Shown here one piece after another: positions 31,978 to 41,022 of a DNA stretch of 64,000 nucleotides (position 1 is the stretch's first letter; each line of letters opens with the position of its first letter). The stretch is taken from positions 448,001 to 512,000 of the forward strand of contig NZ_JAQNDL010000004.1 of assembly GCF_028368995.1 (NCBI RefSeq), in the 5' to 3' direction. A program made the translations under genes and the position numbers. Below the pieces are notes generated by a model. It had not been told where the DNA came from and did not search any database. It saw only the letters and a program-made list of their open reading frames with translations. Source of the stretch: Nannocystis bainbridge. Lineage in GTDB: Bacteria; Myxococcota_A; Polyangia; Nannocystales; Nannocystaceae.

Positions 31978-32245
31978 GGCGAGCGCGCGACGCTAGCACC
32001 AGGGCCGAAGGGGCTCAAGGGCCACGCCACCGCGACGAGCGCCGAAACGCGGCGGCTGCAATGCCCGGCGCAGCGTGAGCACTCGTGGCGCTGCTGCGAG
32101 GCCGAGGGCCGGCGGCGGCGAACACACACGCGGGGCGGAACCCCGCCAGGACGGCCGCAGGAGGGGGCCCTGGGGCGGATCGGGCGCGGCGGGCCGCGAG
32201 CGCCCTTGCCTCCCGGCCGGGGCGCGCGCTATCCGTGGGCGCGCC

Positions 32246-33517
32246 ATGCTCCACGCCGACCGCTGGGCCGCCCGCTACGGCTTTCTCCGCGAGCTGTGGG
32301 CCGGCCGCAGCCGCGTGCTCGCCGACCCCGCGCTCGAGGCGGCGCTGCGCGGGGCGAAGTCGCTGCCAGCCCCGTTCGCGGCGCTGCTGGCCGAGCTGCT
32401 GCCGGGGGCTGGCAACCAGGCGTGGCTGCTGGCGCACGAGGCGAGGCCGGGCACGGGTCGCGGTCGCACGGGCGCGCGGGTGGCGGAATTCGACGCGTTC
32501 GAGGAGCTGCTGGCGGAGGCGCCGTGGCAGGTGGCGATCGTCGACCTGGCGCGCCACTTCGTCGATGCGGCCAGCCTGACGCGGTTCGCGGCGCGGGCCC
32601 AGACGCGGCTGGAGAATCGCCTCGAGACGCGGGCGTTCCGGCTGCTGACGGCGCTGGCGGAGGGGGCAGAGGCCGGGCGGGTCGTGGTGGTGACCGCCCC
32701 GGGCGAGGCCGCCGGGGGGCTCGAGCTGGGGCTGTTCCAGGAGCTGGTGACGCAGCATTTCCCGCGGGCGCGGATCTACGCGCTGGCGCTGACGCGCGCG
32801 GCCAGCGTGGTGGACTGCGGCGAGGTCACCAGCGACGAGATCGAGGACGAGGAGGCCGACGAGCGCGGGCCGGTGCCGCTGGCCTTCGACAACAGCCTCG
32901 GCGAGGACGCGGGCTTCGAGTGCCTGATCGCGGTGGTGGGCGCGCGCGACGTGCCGCGCGGGGTGACGCTGCTCGAGCTGCCGCCGACGGCCCCGCCAGC
33001 CGAGCCGGCGCGCCCGGAGCGAGCTCGGCCGGAGCGGGCCCGCGACGAGGAGAGCGAGTCGCTGCGCGGGCAATTGGCCCAGGCGCGGCGGCAGATCGAG
33101 CTGGCGAGCATCGCCCGCCAGTCGCTGGTGGAGCAGCTCGACGCGGCCCAGGGCCGGATCGATGCGCTCGAGGATCAGCTCGCGGGGCGGGCGCCGGCGG
33201 CCGCGAAGGCCAACGAGCCCGACGAGGAGGGGCCGCGACGGATTGACGCGGCGGCGGCGGCGCTGCAGAGCGCCCGCTGGGAGCTCGAGCAGCTGCAGGG
33301 CGAGCTGCGGCGGGTGACGGCGCGGCCGGTGGACGCGCTGGAGCGGTCGTTGGCGGCCGCCGAGGCGCGGCTGGGGGCGCTCCACGCCTGCGCCGCGACG
33401 GTCGACGCACTGGCGCAGCGGGCCGGAGCGGACGAACCGCTGGCCGCCGAGCTGCAGACCCTCCGCGACCGTCTGCTCGAGCTCGCCGGGCCGCCCGCGA
33501 CCGACGAATCGGCGTGA
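32246..33517 (+). CDS. Hypothetical protein with C-terminal coiled coil
   Basis: Coding-like GC3; heptad-rich C-terminal half; start inferred at MLHADRW. Confidence 0.65.
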   Translation: MLHADRWAARYGFLRELWAGRSRVLADPALEAALRGAKSLPAPFAALLAELLPGAGNQAWLLAHEARPGTGRGRTGARVAEFDAFEELLAEAPWQVAIVDLARHFVDAASLTRFAARAQTRLENRLETRAFRLLTALAEGAEAGRVVVVTAPGEAAGGLELGLFQELVTQHFPRARIYALALTRAASVVDCGEVTSDEIEDEEADERGPVPLAFDNSLGEDAGFECLIAVVGARDVPRGVTLLELPPTAPPAEPARPERARPERARDEESESLRGQLAQARRQIELASIARQSLVEQLDAAQGRIDALEDQLAGRAPAAAKANEPDEEGPRRIDAAAAALQSARWELEQLQGELRRVTARPVDALERSLAAAEARLGALHACAATVDALAQRAGADEPLAAELQTLRDRLLELAGPPATDESA

Positions 33518-33722
33518 ACCGGCGCTCGCCGGGCGGGCATCGCCGCGACATGGTTGCCGGGGCCGGGCGCGCCGGACTATCCTGGCGGAGGCGCGCTGGT
33601 GCCCAGACCGGCGCTCCTCCCCGTGCGGCCGCAAACCTGTCTGCGCTTGACCACCGCGGACTTCGGGCCGGTCACGGGTGCGCACCGACCCATCACCCCC
33701 CTAGAGCGGAAGCGACTTAGCC

Positions 33723-34370
33723 ATGCGAGTTTCCCCCGAAGCGCCAGTCCCCGACTGGTCGGCCCTTGAAACCTCTTTTGAGCACAACGCCCCCGACCAC
33801 CACGCCTATCTGGATCTGCAGAACGGGCAGGTGGTCACCATCAACGACACCCGGCCCGAGGACGAGGAGAAGCGGCAGCAGATCGCGCGCTCGACCGGGC
33901 GCTTCGTCCACCTCGACCCGGCGTCGTCGCGCGAGCAGTACCGCTGGATGGAGCGATTCGTCGCCTCGGTCGAAGATCCCGCGCTGCGCGAGCGGCTGAC
34001 GCTGGCGATCGACGGCAAGGGCGCGTTCCGCCGGTTCAAGGACGTGCTGCTGTCGTACCCGGTCGAGCGCGACCGGTGGTTCTCGTACCGCGCCAACCTG
34101 CTGCACATCTACATCGACGGCTGGCTGGCCAATCAGGACGTGCTGCTCGGCGCGTACCCTCCGTGGGGCAAGCCCGAGGATCCGCCGGAGCCGAACATCC
34201 CGCTCGAGAAGCCGGCGAGCGAGCGCGCGCCGGGGCCGTCCGAGACGCTGCGCCGGACCGCGCGCGATCTCATCGATCGCCTGCCCGCGATCGAGCTCCC
34301 GGCCGCCATCGCCTACCTGCAGTACTTGCTCGACAAGCAGCCTTCGGTCCACGTCGAGCCGACGACGTGA
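33723..34370 (+). CDS. UPF0158 family protein
   Basis: YLDLQNGQV, SREQYRWMERFV, AIDGKGAFRRFKDVL..YP.ERDRWF. Confidence 0.88.
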   Translation: MRVSPEAPVPDWSALETSFEHNAPDHHAYLDLQNGQVVTINDTRPEDEEKRQQIARSTGRFVHLDPASSREQYRWMERFVASVEDPALRERLTLAIDGKGAFRRFKDVLLSYPVERDRWFSYRANLLHIYIDGWLANQDVLLGAYPPWGKPEDPPEPNIPLEKPASERAPGPSETLRRTARDLIDRLPAIELPAAIAYLQYLLDKQPSVHVEPTT

Positions 34371-34378
34371 TCCGGCCG

Positions 34379-35353
34379 ATGGAGCTGTCCCTTGCGACAT
34401 CTCCGGCGCGACGCTTCACCCGCTTCATCGGCGTCGCTCTCGGCGGCGGCCGCGGCAAGACGACCGCGGTCGCTCGCCTCGAGCGCGTCGACGAGGAGGG
34501 CGAGACGCCGCGCGTGCGCCTGGCGGAGGCTCGGCTCCGCCACGGCCACCGCGGCAGCGGCGAAGAGGGCGGCGAGGCCAGCGGCGATCCGTTGTTTCGC
34601 GACGAGGTGCTGGTCGCGTACCTGCAGCGGTGGGTGACCGACGACGCGGTGGTGGCGATCGACGCGCCGCTGACGTTGCCGCCGTGCATCCGCTGTCCGC
34701 TGGCCTGTCCCGGAGTGCAGGCGTGCACCGTGCCGGTGGTGGCGTGGATGCGGAAGCACGCGCCGGCCTTGCACGCGGCCCGGCGCTCCGATCCGGGCAA
34801 GCCGGCGGTCACGCCGTACACGCAGCGCGCGGTCGACGTCCTGTTGACGCACGTGGGCCTGTCGCCGCGCGAGTCGCTGGGGCAGGGCATGGGGCCGCTG
34901 GCGGCGCGGGCGGCGTATCTGCGGCGCGTGCTGTCGCCGCTGCTGCGACTGCACGAGAACCTGATCGAGGTCCACCCGCCGGCCACGGTGACGCGGCTGT
35001 TCGGGGCCGAGGTCGAGCGTCGGCACCGGCGCAGCGACAGCGAGCAGGCGTGGGAGCTGCGCAAGCGGATGCTGACGGCGCTCGAACCGTGCCTCGCGTT
35101 CGACTTCGTGTGGCCCGAGGTTGTGGTCCGCAGCCCGCACGTATTCGACGCGGTCATCGCCGGCCTCACGGCGTTCTTGTGGGCGCATCAGAGCTGGCAG
35201 GGTCCGCTCGATCTGCAACCGGCGCAGTCTGCGGCGACTCAGGAGGCGGTCGCGCCCGATCCGCTGCGCGCCGCGATCGCGGGGCTCGAGGACCGCTGGC
35301 TCGAAGACGGCTGGATCTGGGTCCCACCGGCTCCTGGAGGCGGACGCGTGTGA
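34379..35353 (+). CDS. DUF429 family predicted nuclease (RNase H-like fold)
   Basis: FIGVALGG, VAIDAPLTLP, IEVHP, FDAVIAGLTA, DGWIWVP. Confidence 0.8.
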   Translation: MELSLATSPARRFTRFIGVALGGGRGKTTAVARLERVDEEGETPRVRLAEARLRHGHRGSGEEGGEASGDPLFRDEVLVAYLQRWVTDDAVVAIDAPLTLPPCIRCPLACPGVQACTVPVVAWMRKHAPALHAARRSDPGKPAVTPYTQRAVDVLLTHVGLSPRESLGQGMGPLAARAAYLRRVLSPLLRLHENLIEVHPPATVTRLFGAEVERRHRRSDSEQAWELRKRMLTALEPCLAFDFVWPEVVVRSPHVFDAVIAGLTAFLWAHQSWQGPLDLQPAQSAATQEAVAPDPLRAAIAGLEDRWLEDGWIWVPPAPGGGRV

Positions 35354-35469
35354 TTCTGCACGATTTGTGGCAGACCCGGCCCCGCAGCGGGCCGTTGCTT
35401 CCCCTGCTTGCCTGCGATGCGCCGCCAGGTGCACAGTAGACAGGCTACAGGCCCTCGGACCCCAGACGC

Positions 35470-36477
35470 ATGCGAGACCCGGCCCACGGCAGCGACTTCA
35501 CCCCTGACGAGCTCGATCTCCTGGAGGACGCGCTCGAGTGGATGGAGGATCCCGCGCGCCGCGCCGAGCTCGAGGCGATGCCCGCGCCGCTGCGTCAGCG
35601 CGCCGACGAGTACGCGTCGATCCTGGCGATGACGCGCGAGGCGATGCCCGCGGAGGACGTGGCGCCGGGGGTGCTCGACGGCATCCTCGCCGAGGCCCGG
35701 CGATCGGCGCCGCCGCCTTCGCAGCCGGCGGCCGAGGGCCCGAGCCTGTGGGAGCGGCTGCGACGCTCGTTCCTGCTGCCGGGCGTGGCGCTGGCCGGGA
35801 CCGCCGCGCTGCTGCTGTGGGTGGCGCGGCCGACCGACGAGGCGGGGCCGTCGATCCGCGAGGAGGCGGCGCCTTCGCCCGCGCCGGCGGCTCCCGAGGC
35901 CCGCGAGCCGCGAGCGGCGCCCGAGTCGGATGGCCCCAAGGACATGTCCCCGCCGACAGACGACGCGAAGGGCGAGGCTTCGGCGGCCGTCGAGGTCGCA
36001 CCTGCGCCGGCCGCCGACGCGGCGAGCGTGCCCGGGGCGGTCTACCAGGAGCCGGCGTCGCCGGCGATGAAGGCCATGCGCGGCGGAGCGCCGGCCAAGA
36101 AGAAGGCGATCGACGTCGACGAGGGGCCGTTGCCGGGCATCTCCGTGCCGGAGGCGCAGCGCATCGACGCCGACAAGGAGTCGGTCCGCGATCAGCTCGA
36201 GAGCGGCGACCGGGCCCGCAACAAGGGCCGCTGCGACGTCGCCGAGGCCGAGTACGCGGCGGTGGCGAACAGCAACGGACCGGCGGCAGAGCGGGCGCGA
36301 GCCCTCGCGGGCCTGGGGCTGTGTCGAGAGGCCGCCGGCAAGTCGGCGGACGCGGAGCGCTACTTCGACGCGGCGCGCTCGCTCGACTCCGGGGTCGAGC
36401 GCTGGCTCGGCGGCGAGTCCGAGGTGGTGAAGAAGAAGACCACGAAGATGGCCAAGCCGAAGAGCGAGGCGCCGTAG
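35470..36477 (+). CDS. Single-pass membrane protein, anti-sigma-like with C-terminal TPR
   Basis: N-terminal helical domain, TM helix, Pro/Ala-rich linker, TPR-like helices. Confidence 0.6.
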   Translation: MRDPAHGSDFTPDELDLLEDALEWMEDPARRAELEAMPAPLRQRADEYASILAMTREAMPAEDVAPGVLDGILAEARRSAPPPSQPAAEGPSLWERLRRSFLLPGVALAGTAALLLWVARPTDEAGPSIREEAAPSPAPAAPEAREPRAAPESDGPKDMSPPTDDAKGEASAAVEVAPAPAADAASVPGAVYQEPASPAMKAMRGGAPAKKKAIDVDEGPLPGISVPEAQRIDADKESVRDQLESGDRARNKGRCDVAEAEYAAVANSNGPAAERARALAGLGLCREAAGKSADAERYFDAARSLDSGVERWLGGESEVVKKKTTKMAKPKSEAP

Positions 36478-36510
36478 GTCGATCGCGGCGCGGGCCCCGG
36501 CCGACGCGCG

Positions 36511-36601
36511 GGACATGGGCTTCGGGGCATGTCGCAGAGGCCAGGTGCGTTCGAGCATGTTCTGAACGACATGACGGAAGATACATGTCGTCAGGGACAG
36601 T
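36511..36601. repeat. 14-bp-period palindromic array (7 cores)
   Basis: Cores at 36514, 36528, 36542, 36556, 36570, 36584, 36598. Confidence 0.9.
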
Positions 36602-36716
36602 CGCCTGCGCGGCGGGCAAGGGGTCGCAAGGACCAGGCGCGCCGAACGGTTCAGTGCAGGCGCGTCGGTGCCCGCGGGCTCACGCTGAACGGGCAGGCGC
36701 AGCGATGCCGCGCGGA

Positions 36717-36909
36717 CGCGCTGCCGCTCGCATCAATCGACGTCGACCGCGAAGTCGACGCCGACGCTGAGCGTGCGGGCGCAGCGGTGCCGCGCTGCCG
36801 CTCGCATCAATCGACGTCGACCGCGACGCGACGCCGAGCGGGCTAGGGCAGCGGTGCCGCGCTGCCGCTCGCATCAATCGACGTCGACCGCGAAGTCGAC
36901 GCCGACGCT
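36717..36909. repeat. Three direct repeats containing the 3' end of CDS 36874..37563
   Basis: 36717-36768 is identical to 36858-36909 (52 bp); middle copy at 36781-36826. Confidence 0.92.
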
Positions 36910-37563
36910 CGGGCCGTCGTAGCCGGGGAAGCGGTGGTCGAACACGGCCTTGCGGGCGCACGGGACGATGCCCCACACGCTCAGGCTCGCGGGGGCCTTG
37001 ACCGACACGCTCTCGACCTTGCCCGAGGGCAAAAGGCGCAGCTGAACAGCGAGGCGGCCGCTGCCGACGTCGCCGTAGCGGCTGGCCGTGATCACGCAGT
37101 CGGTGATCTTCGGCGTGATCTTGGCGAAATGCTGGTCGAGGACGCGCTCGCTGGGCCGCTCGCTGCCGGCCTCGAGGTCGATCGTCTGGGTCTTGTCGCT
37201 CGAGAACTGGGGGATCTTGCGATCGTCGACAGGCACGAAGGGGGGCAGCTTTTCGGCCGGGGTCTCGGCCTCCTCGACCTCGTCGCCCGGCGCTGTCGCG
37301 GGCTCGGAGCCGTGGCCCGCGGCTGAGGCCGCCGTGGTCCGGCGCACGCGCTTCTTCTTGCGGCGCTTCTTCTTCTTTTTGCCGTCGTCGGTGACGGGTG
37401 GCGCGGCCGGGGCGTCGACGACGCACTGGCCCTCGACGCAGCTGCTCCCGGGGTCGCAGGGCGTGGCGCACTCGGGCTTCGGTGCGGGTTCGCACGCGAA
37501 CGAGGTCACCAGCGCCAGCGCGACGAGGCGGGCGAAACGGGCGCCCGGCGGATGCTCACCCAT
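36874..37563 (-). CDS. Lipoprotein with Cys motif, polybasic tract and TonB_C/AgmX-like C-terminal domain
   Basis: TSFAC lipobox; CATPCDPGSSCVEGQC; KKKKKRRKKKR; ITDC...SGRLAVQLRLLPSGKV..C...RFP. Confidence 0.7.
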   Translation of the reverse strand: MGEHPPGARFARLVALALVTSFACEPAPKPECATPCDPGSSCVEGQCVVDAPAAPPVTDDGKKKKKRRKKKRVRRTTAASAAGHGSEPATAPGDEVEEAETPAEKLPPFVPVDDRKIPQFSSDKTQTIDLEAGSERPSERVLDQHFAKITPKITDCVITASRYGDVGSGRLAVQLRLLPSGKVESVSVKAPASLSVWGIVPCARKAVFDHRFPGYDGPSVGVDFAVDVD

Positions 37564-37653
37564 GGGCCCGGATGATGCCGGCCGCAGCGGCGCGGTTCAA
37601 GCTCACGGCCCGAGATCTGGCCCGCGGGCAGCCGACCATGGCAGCTTGCGCGC

Positions 37654-38022
37654 GTGTCCACGGTGCCCTCCCGAGAGCTCGCTTCGTTCGTCAATCCCCG
37701 CCCCGGGCGCGACTACGAGGTCCGCTTCGATTGCCCTGAATTCACCTGTCTGTGCCCGATGACGGGCCAACCGGACTTCGCCACGATCCGGATCCGCTAC
37801 CGCCCGCGCGCGCGCTGCGTCGAGCTCAAGAGCCTCAAGCTGTACCTGTGGTCCTTCCGGGACACGGGGGCGTTTCACGAGGCCGTCACCAACCAGATCC
37901 TCGACGACCTGGTCGCGGTTCTGGACCCGGAGTGGGTCGAGGTCGAGGGCGACTTCCTGGTCCGCGGCGGGATCCACACGGTCGTGCGAGCCCGCCACGT
38001 CGGCGCGCCGCTGCCGGGCTGA
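37654..38022 (+). CDS. queF: NADPH-dependent preQ0 reductase (type I)
   Basis: [35 protein letters not shown]. Confidence 0.95.
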   Translation: MSTVPSRELASFVNPRPGRDYEVRFDCPEFTCLCPMTGQPDFATIRIRYRPRARCVELKSLKLYLWSFRDTGAFHEAVTNQILDDLVAVLDPEWVEVEGDFLVRGGIHTVVRARHVGAPLPG

Positions 38023-38065
38023 AAGCGGCGGGCGGGCGTGATAACGTCCGCCCGGACTCGCAGCC

Positions 38066-39493
38066 ATGCCCATGTTCTCGACCCTCGCCGGCGCCCTGAT
38101 CGCTCTCCTCCTCGACGGTCCCTTCAACTACGAGTTCTCGCGCGTCACCGACGAGAAGAGTCAAGCCCACGTGATCCTGCGGGCCAACGAGGACCTGCAG
38201 GCGATGGAAGTGACGATCAGCGGCGACCGCCAGACGATCCGCAAGAAGATCCCGGCGCTCAAGGCCGGCAAAGAGTTCAAGATCGCCTGGACGCAGAACG
38301 GCGACAACGCGGCCTACGAGATGGCGATCGTGTCGTCGGCGGGCGAGGCCAACGCCAACTTCGAGGTCGCGCGCGGAGCCAGTAAGCCGTCGGGCGGCGG
38401 TGGCGGCGGTGGTGGCGGCGGCGCGGCCGGCAAGGTCACGGCGATGGCATCCGCGGCCGACATCCTCTTCGACCACAAGGTCGCGTACACGACCAGCTTC
38501 GAGGTCAGCGGCTACGAGTTCAAGGTCTACAACACCGACGGCGACGTGATCCACACGGACGCGGGCGCCGGCGGCTGGAAGGCCAACGAGCGCATCGACC
38601 TCAAGTGGGACACGACCGACGACGTGTTCCTGGTCAAGGTCCGGTTCGAGGGCGCGCAGGGCCAGTTCGGCGAGCACATCCTGGCGCCGATGGCGATCGA
38701 CATCCCGCACACCGAGGTCGTGTTCGACAGCGGCAAGGCGATCATCCGCGGCGAGCAGGCGCCGAAGATCGACGAGGCCGCGGCGGTGGCGATGCACAAG
38801 CTGGCGGCGGTCGAGAACGCCAAGAAGGCGGTGGGCAACGCGCTCGAGGGCGCCGGTTACGTGCCCAAGCTGTTCATCGCCGGCTACACCGACACCGTCG
38901 GCAAGCCGGGCGACAATCAAAAGCTCTCGGAGGGGCGCGCGCGGGCGATCGCGGAGCGCTTCCACGAGCGGGGCGTGTGGTCCGAGATCTATTACACGGG
39001 CATGGGCGAGAAGGGCCTGAAGGTCCAGACGCCGGACTCGTTCGACGAGGAGAAGAATCGCCGCGCGGTCTATGTCATCAGCTTCCAGCCGCCGACGGGG
39101 CCGTGGTTCCCGTCGCCAGGGGCGTGGAAGAAGGTGGCAGGCGCGCGCGCGCGTCCGTCCGAGCTGCCGCCGTACCCGGAGAAGTGGAAGGAGCACGAGG
39201 ACAACAAGCGCTACGGCAAGCCGGGCGCGGGCTCCTCGTCGGGCGACAGCAGCAGCGGCAGCAGCAGCTCGAGTGATTCGTCGAGCGACGACAGCTCGGG
39301 CACGTCGGGCAGCAGCAGCAGCTCGGGCGGCGAGCCATACATGGGCTCGGCCGAAGGCCCGCCGGAGGTCGGCGGGGAGCCGGGCGCGAGCAAGAAGGGC
39401 TGCAACGTGGTGGCCGAGCCGACCCCCGGGGCGACGATCCTGCTGCTCGCGGGGCTGCTGACGCTCCGTCGCCGTCGCGTCCGCGCGGCGTGA
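38066..39493 (+). CDS. OmpA-family domain protein with MYXO-CTERM-like sorting signal
   Basis: VVFDSGKA, IAGYTDTVG..NQKLSEGRA, NRRAV; C-terminus GC...LLLAGLLTLRRRR. Confidence 0.85.
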   Translation: MPMFSTLAGALIALLLDGPFNYEFSRVTDEKSQAHVILRANEDLQAMEVTISGDRQTIRKKIPALKAGKEFKIAWTQNGDNAAYEMAIVSSAGEANANFEVARGASKPSGGGGGGGGGGAAGKVTAMASAADILFDHKVAYTTSFEVSGYEFKVYNTDGDVIHTDAGAGGWKANERIDLKWDTTDDVFLVKVRFEGAQGQFGEHILAPMAIDIPHTEVVFDSGKAIIRGEQAPKIDEAAAVAMHKLAAVENAKKAVGNALEGAGYVPKLFIAGYTDTVGKPGDNQKLSEGRARAIAERFHERGVWSEIYYTGMGEKGLKVQTPDSFDEEKNRRAVYVISFQPPTGPWFPSPGAWKKVAGARARPSELPPYPEKWKEHEDNKRYGKPGAGSSSGDSSSGSSSSSDSSSDDSSGTSGSSSSSGGEPYMGSAEGPPEVGGEPGASKKGCNVVAEPTPGATILLLAGLLTLRRRRVRAA

Positions 39494-39543
39494 ACGCTGC
39501 CGAGGTCGCCTCACGCCCGTTCGCCGACGCGAGCGGGCGTTTT

Positions 39544-39810
39544 GCGTCTCAGATGCAACGGGGCGGTGCGACCGATGGTGAGCGGTCGCTGCCGTGCAGA
39601 GATGGGCTGCCCGCACGGGTGCGGCTCGCTTCGCGTTTCGGATGCACGGGGCGGTGCGACCGATGGCGAGCGGTCGCTGCCGTGCAGAGATGGGCTGCCC
39701 GCACGGGTGGGAGGCGCTTCGCGTTTCGGATGCACGGGGCGAAGCGACCGATGGCGAGCGGTCGCTGCCGTGCAAAGGGGGGCTGCCCGCATGGGTGCGG
39801 CTCGCTTCGC
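39544..39810. repeat. 3 x ~88-bp tandem repeat with internal hairpin
   Basis: GATGCA anchors at 39552, 39641, 39729; TGCACGG..GCGACCG / CGGTCGC.GCCGTGCA dyad. Confidence 0.93.
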
Positions 39811-40229
39811 GGGCGGCGTAATGGGGTCGTCGCCCGCGGGTGACTTCGAGGCATCGACACGACCAGGGCAGGTCGTCGTGCGGGCCTTCATCCGCGGCGG
39901 CGGCGACGGTGCCGATGCATGCACGAGGGCCCGGATCGCGCGGCGTCGCTCCGAAGCAGGCGTCGAGGCGGCGGGCCGGGAGCAGCGCACGCGCATGGTG
40001 TGCGAGGGGATCGGCGATGTCGTCGCCGCGATCGGGTCGCGACTCCCAATCGTCGATGCGGCGAGAAATGCCTCAGAGGTGCATGCAGGGCCATGAATTC
40101 GCCGGATCGGTCGACGTGGCCTTTGGGACCTGCGCCACGCGGCAGGTCGCCACGCTCGGCCCGTGATCGACGGGAGAGTTGCAGGCTCGCCAACGTGTTC
40201 CAGACTTGCGCCGCAGAAGGAGTGAGAGC

Positions 40230-40553
40230 ATGGCACGTAGCAATCGGACAAAGCAGAGTGGGCCGGCGCGGGCCGGCGCGAAAGTACGCAAGGCGGCTTC
40301 GGCCAAGACCGCTGCCCCGTCGCGGACGAAGAGCGCCGCGGTGAAGGGCAAGACGACGGCGGCCAGCAAGGCGACGAGCAAGCCGGCCGCGCGCGCGAGC
40401 AAGCAAACCGCGGCGCCCGCTTCGACGACCCGCAGCGAGGCGGCGAAGAAGGGCTGGGAGACCCGTCGTCGCCGGGCCGCGAAGGCGTCCCCGACGACGA
40501 CGCGCAAGGCCGCCGCCGGCAGCACGAAGGCGAAGAAGACCCGGGCCCGCTAG
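40230..40553 (+). CDS. Small Lys/Ala/Arg-rich histone H1-like basic protein
   Basis: AAGGAG RBS; 107 aa, almost no acidic residues; RSEAAKKGWETRRRR motif. Confidence 0.75.
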   Translation: MARSNRTKQSGPARAGAKVRKAASAKTAAPSRTKSAAVKGKTTAASKATSKPAARASKQTAAPASTTRSEAAKKGWETRRRRAAKASPTTTRKAAAGSTKAKKTRAR

Positions 40554-40556
40554 CGA

Positions 40557-40578
40557 GATGTCCTTCGGGACATGTCCC
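40557..40578. repeat. Single 14-bp palindromic unit (two cores)
   Basis: GATGTCCTTCGGGACATGTCCC, cores at 40557 and 40571, immediately after the stop codon. Confidence 0.75.
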
Positions 40579-41022
40579 ACAGGCGGCCAGCCGCAGGACC
40601 GCGCGGCTGGCCGAGTCGCGGACGGGCGCACAGGACCGCGTGCGCCCGTCCGCTCGTGACAGCGGACGAGGCGGCGACGCCGACGCGACGGCGTGACGCA
40701 GACCGGACGAGGCACGAGACCGCGTGGCTCGTCCGGCAGCAGAAGCGACGAGGTTGCGAGGCTCGCCGCGTCGGCGCGTGAAAGCAGAGGACGAGGGTGA
40801 CGGCCGGCTCACCCGACAAGACGGCGAGCCACGAGACCGTGTGGCTCGCCGTCGCTTTCATGGAGACCGCGGGATACGCCGGCGCTGTCAGAGACGGGGA
40901 GCCTCGAGATCGTGGGACTCGACCCGGCATCTGCCGACGAGGCGCGAAGCGCTCGTGCGATGAGGAATCGGCGCCGGGCAGTGGGAATCATTCCCCCGCG
41001 TCGGTCTGGAAGTCAGTGGCTG

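Noticed and set aside
36717-36909. Diversity-generating retroelement TR/VR pair
   Set aside because: No reverse transcriptase nearby, and the longest copy is identical rather than showing adenine-specific mismatches
37564-37653. preQ1 riboswitch upstream of queF
   Set aside because: A GGTTC is present, but I could not find the closing stem or the A-rich 3' tail
39544-39810. CRISPR interpretation of the 88-bp repeats, and the short ORFs called across them
   Set aside because: The whole unit is conserved (no variable spacer); the ORFs are repeat-derived in several frames with no recognisable protein signal
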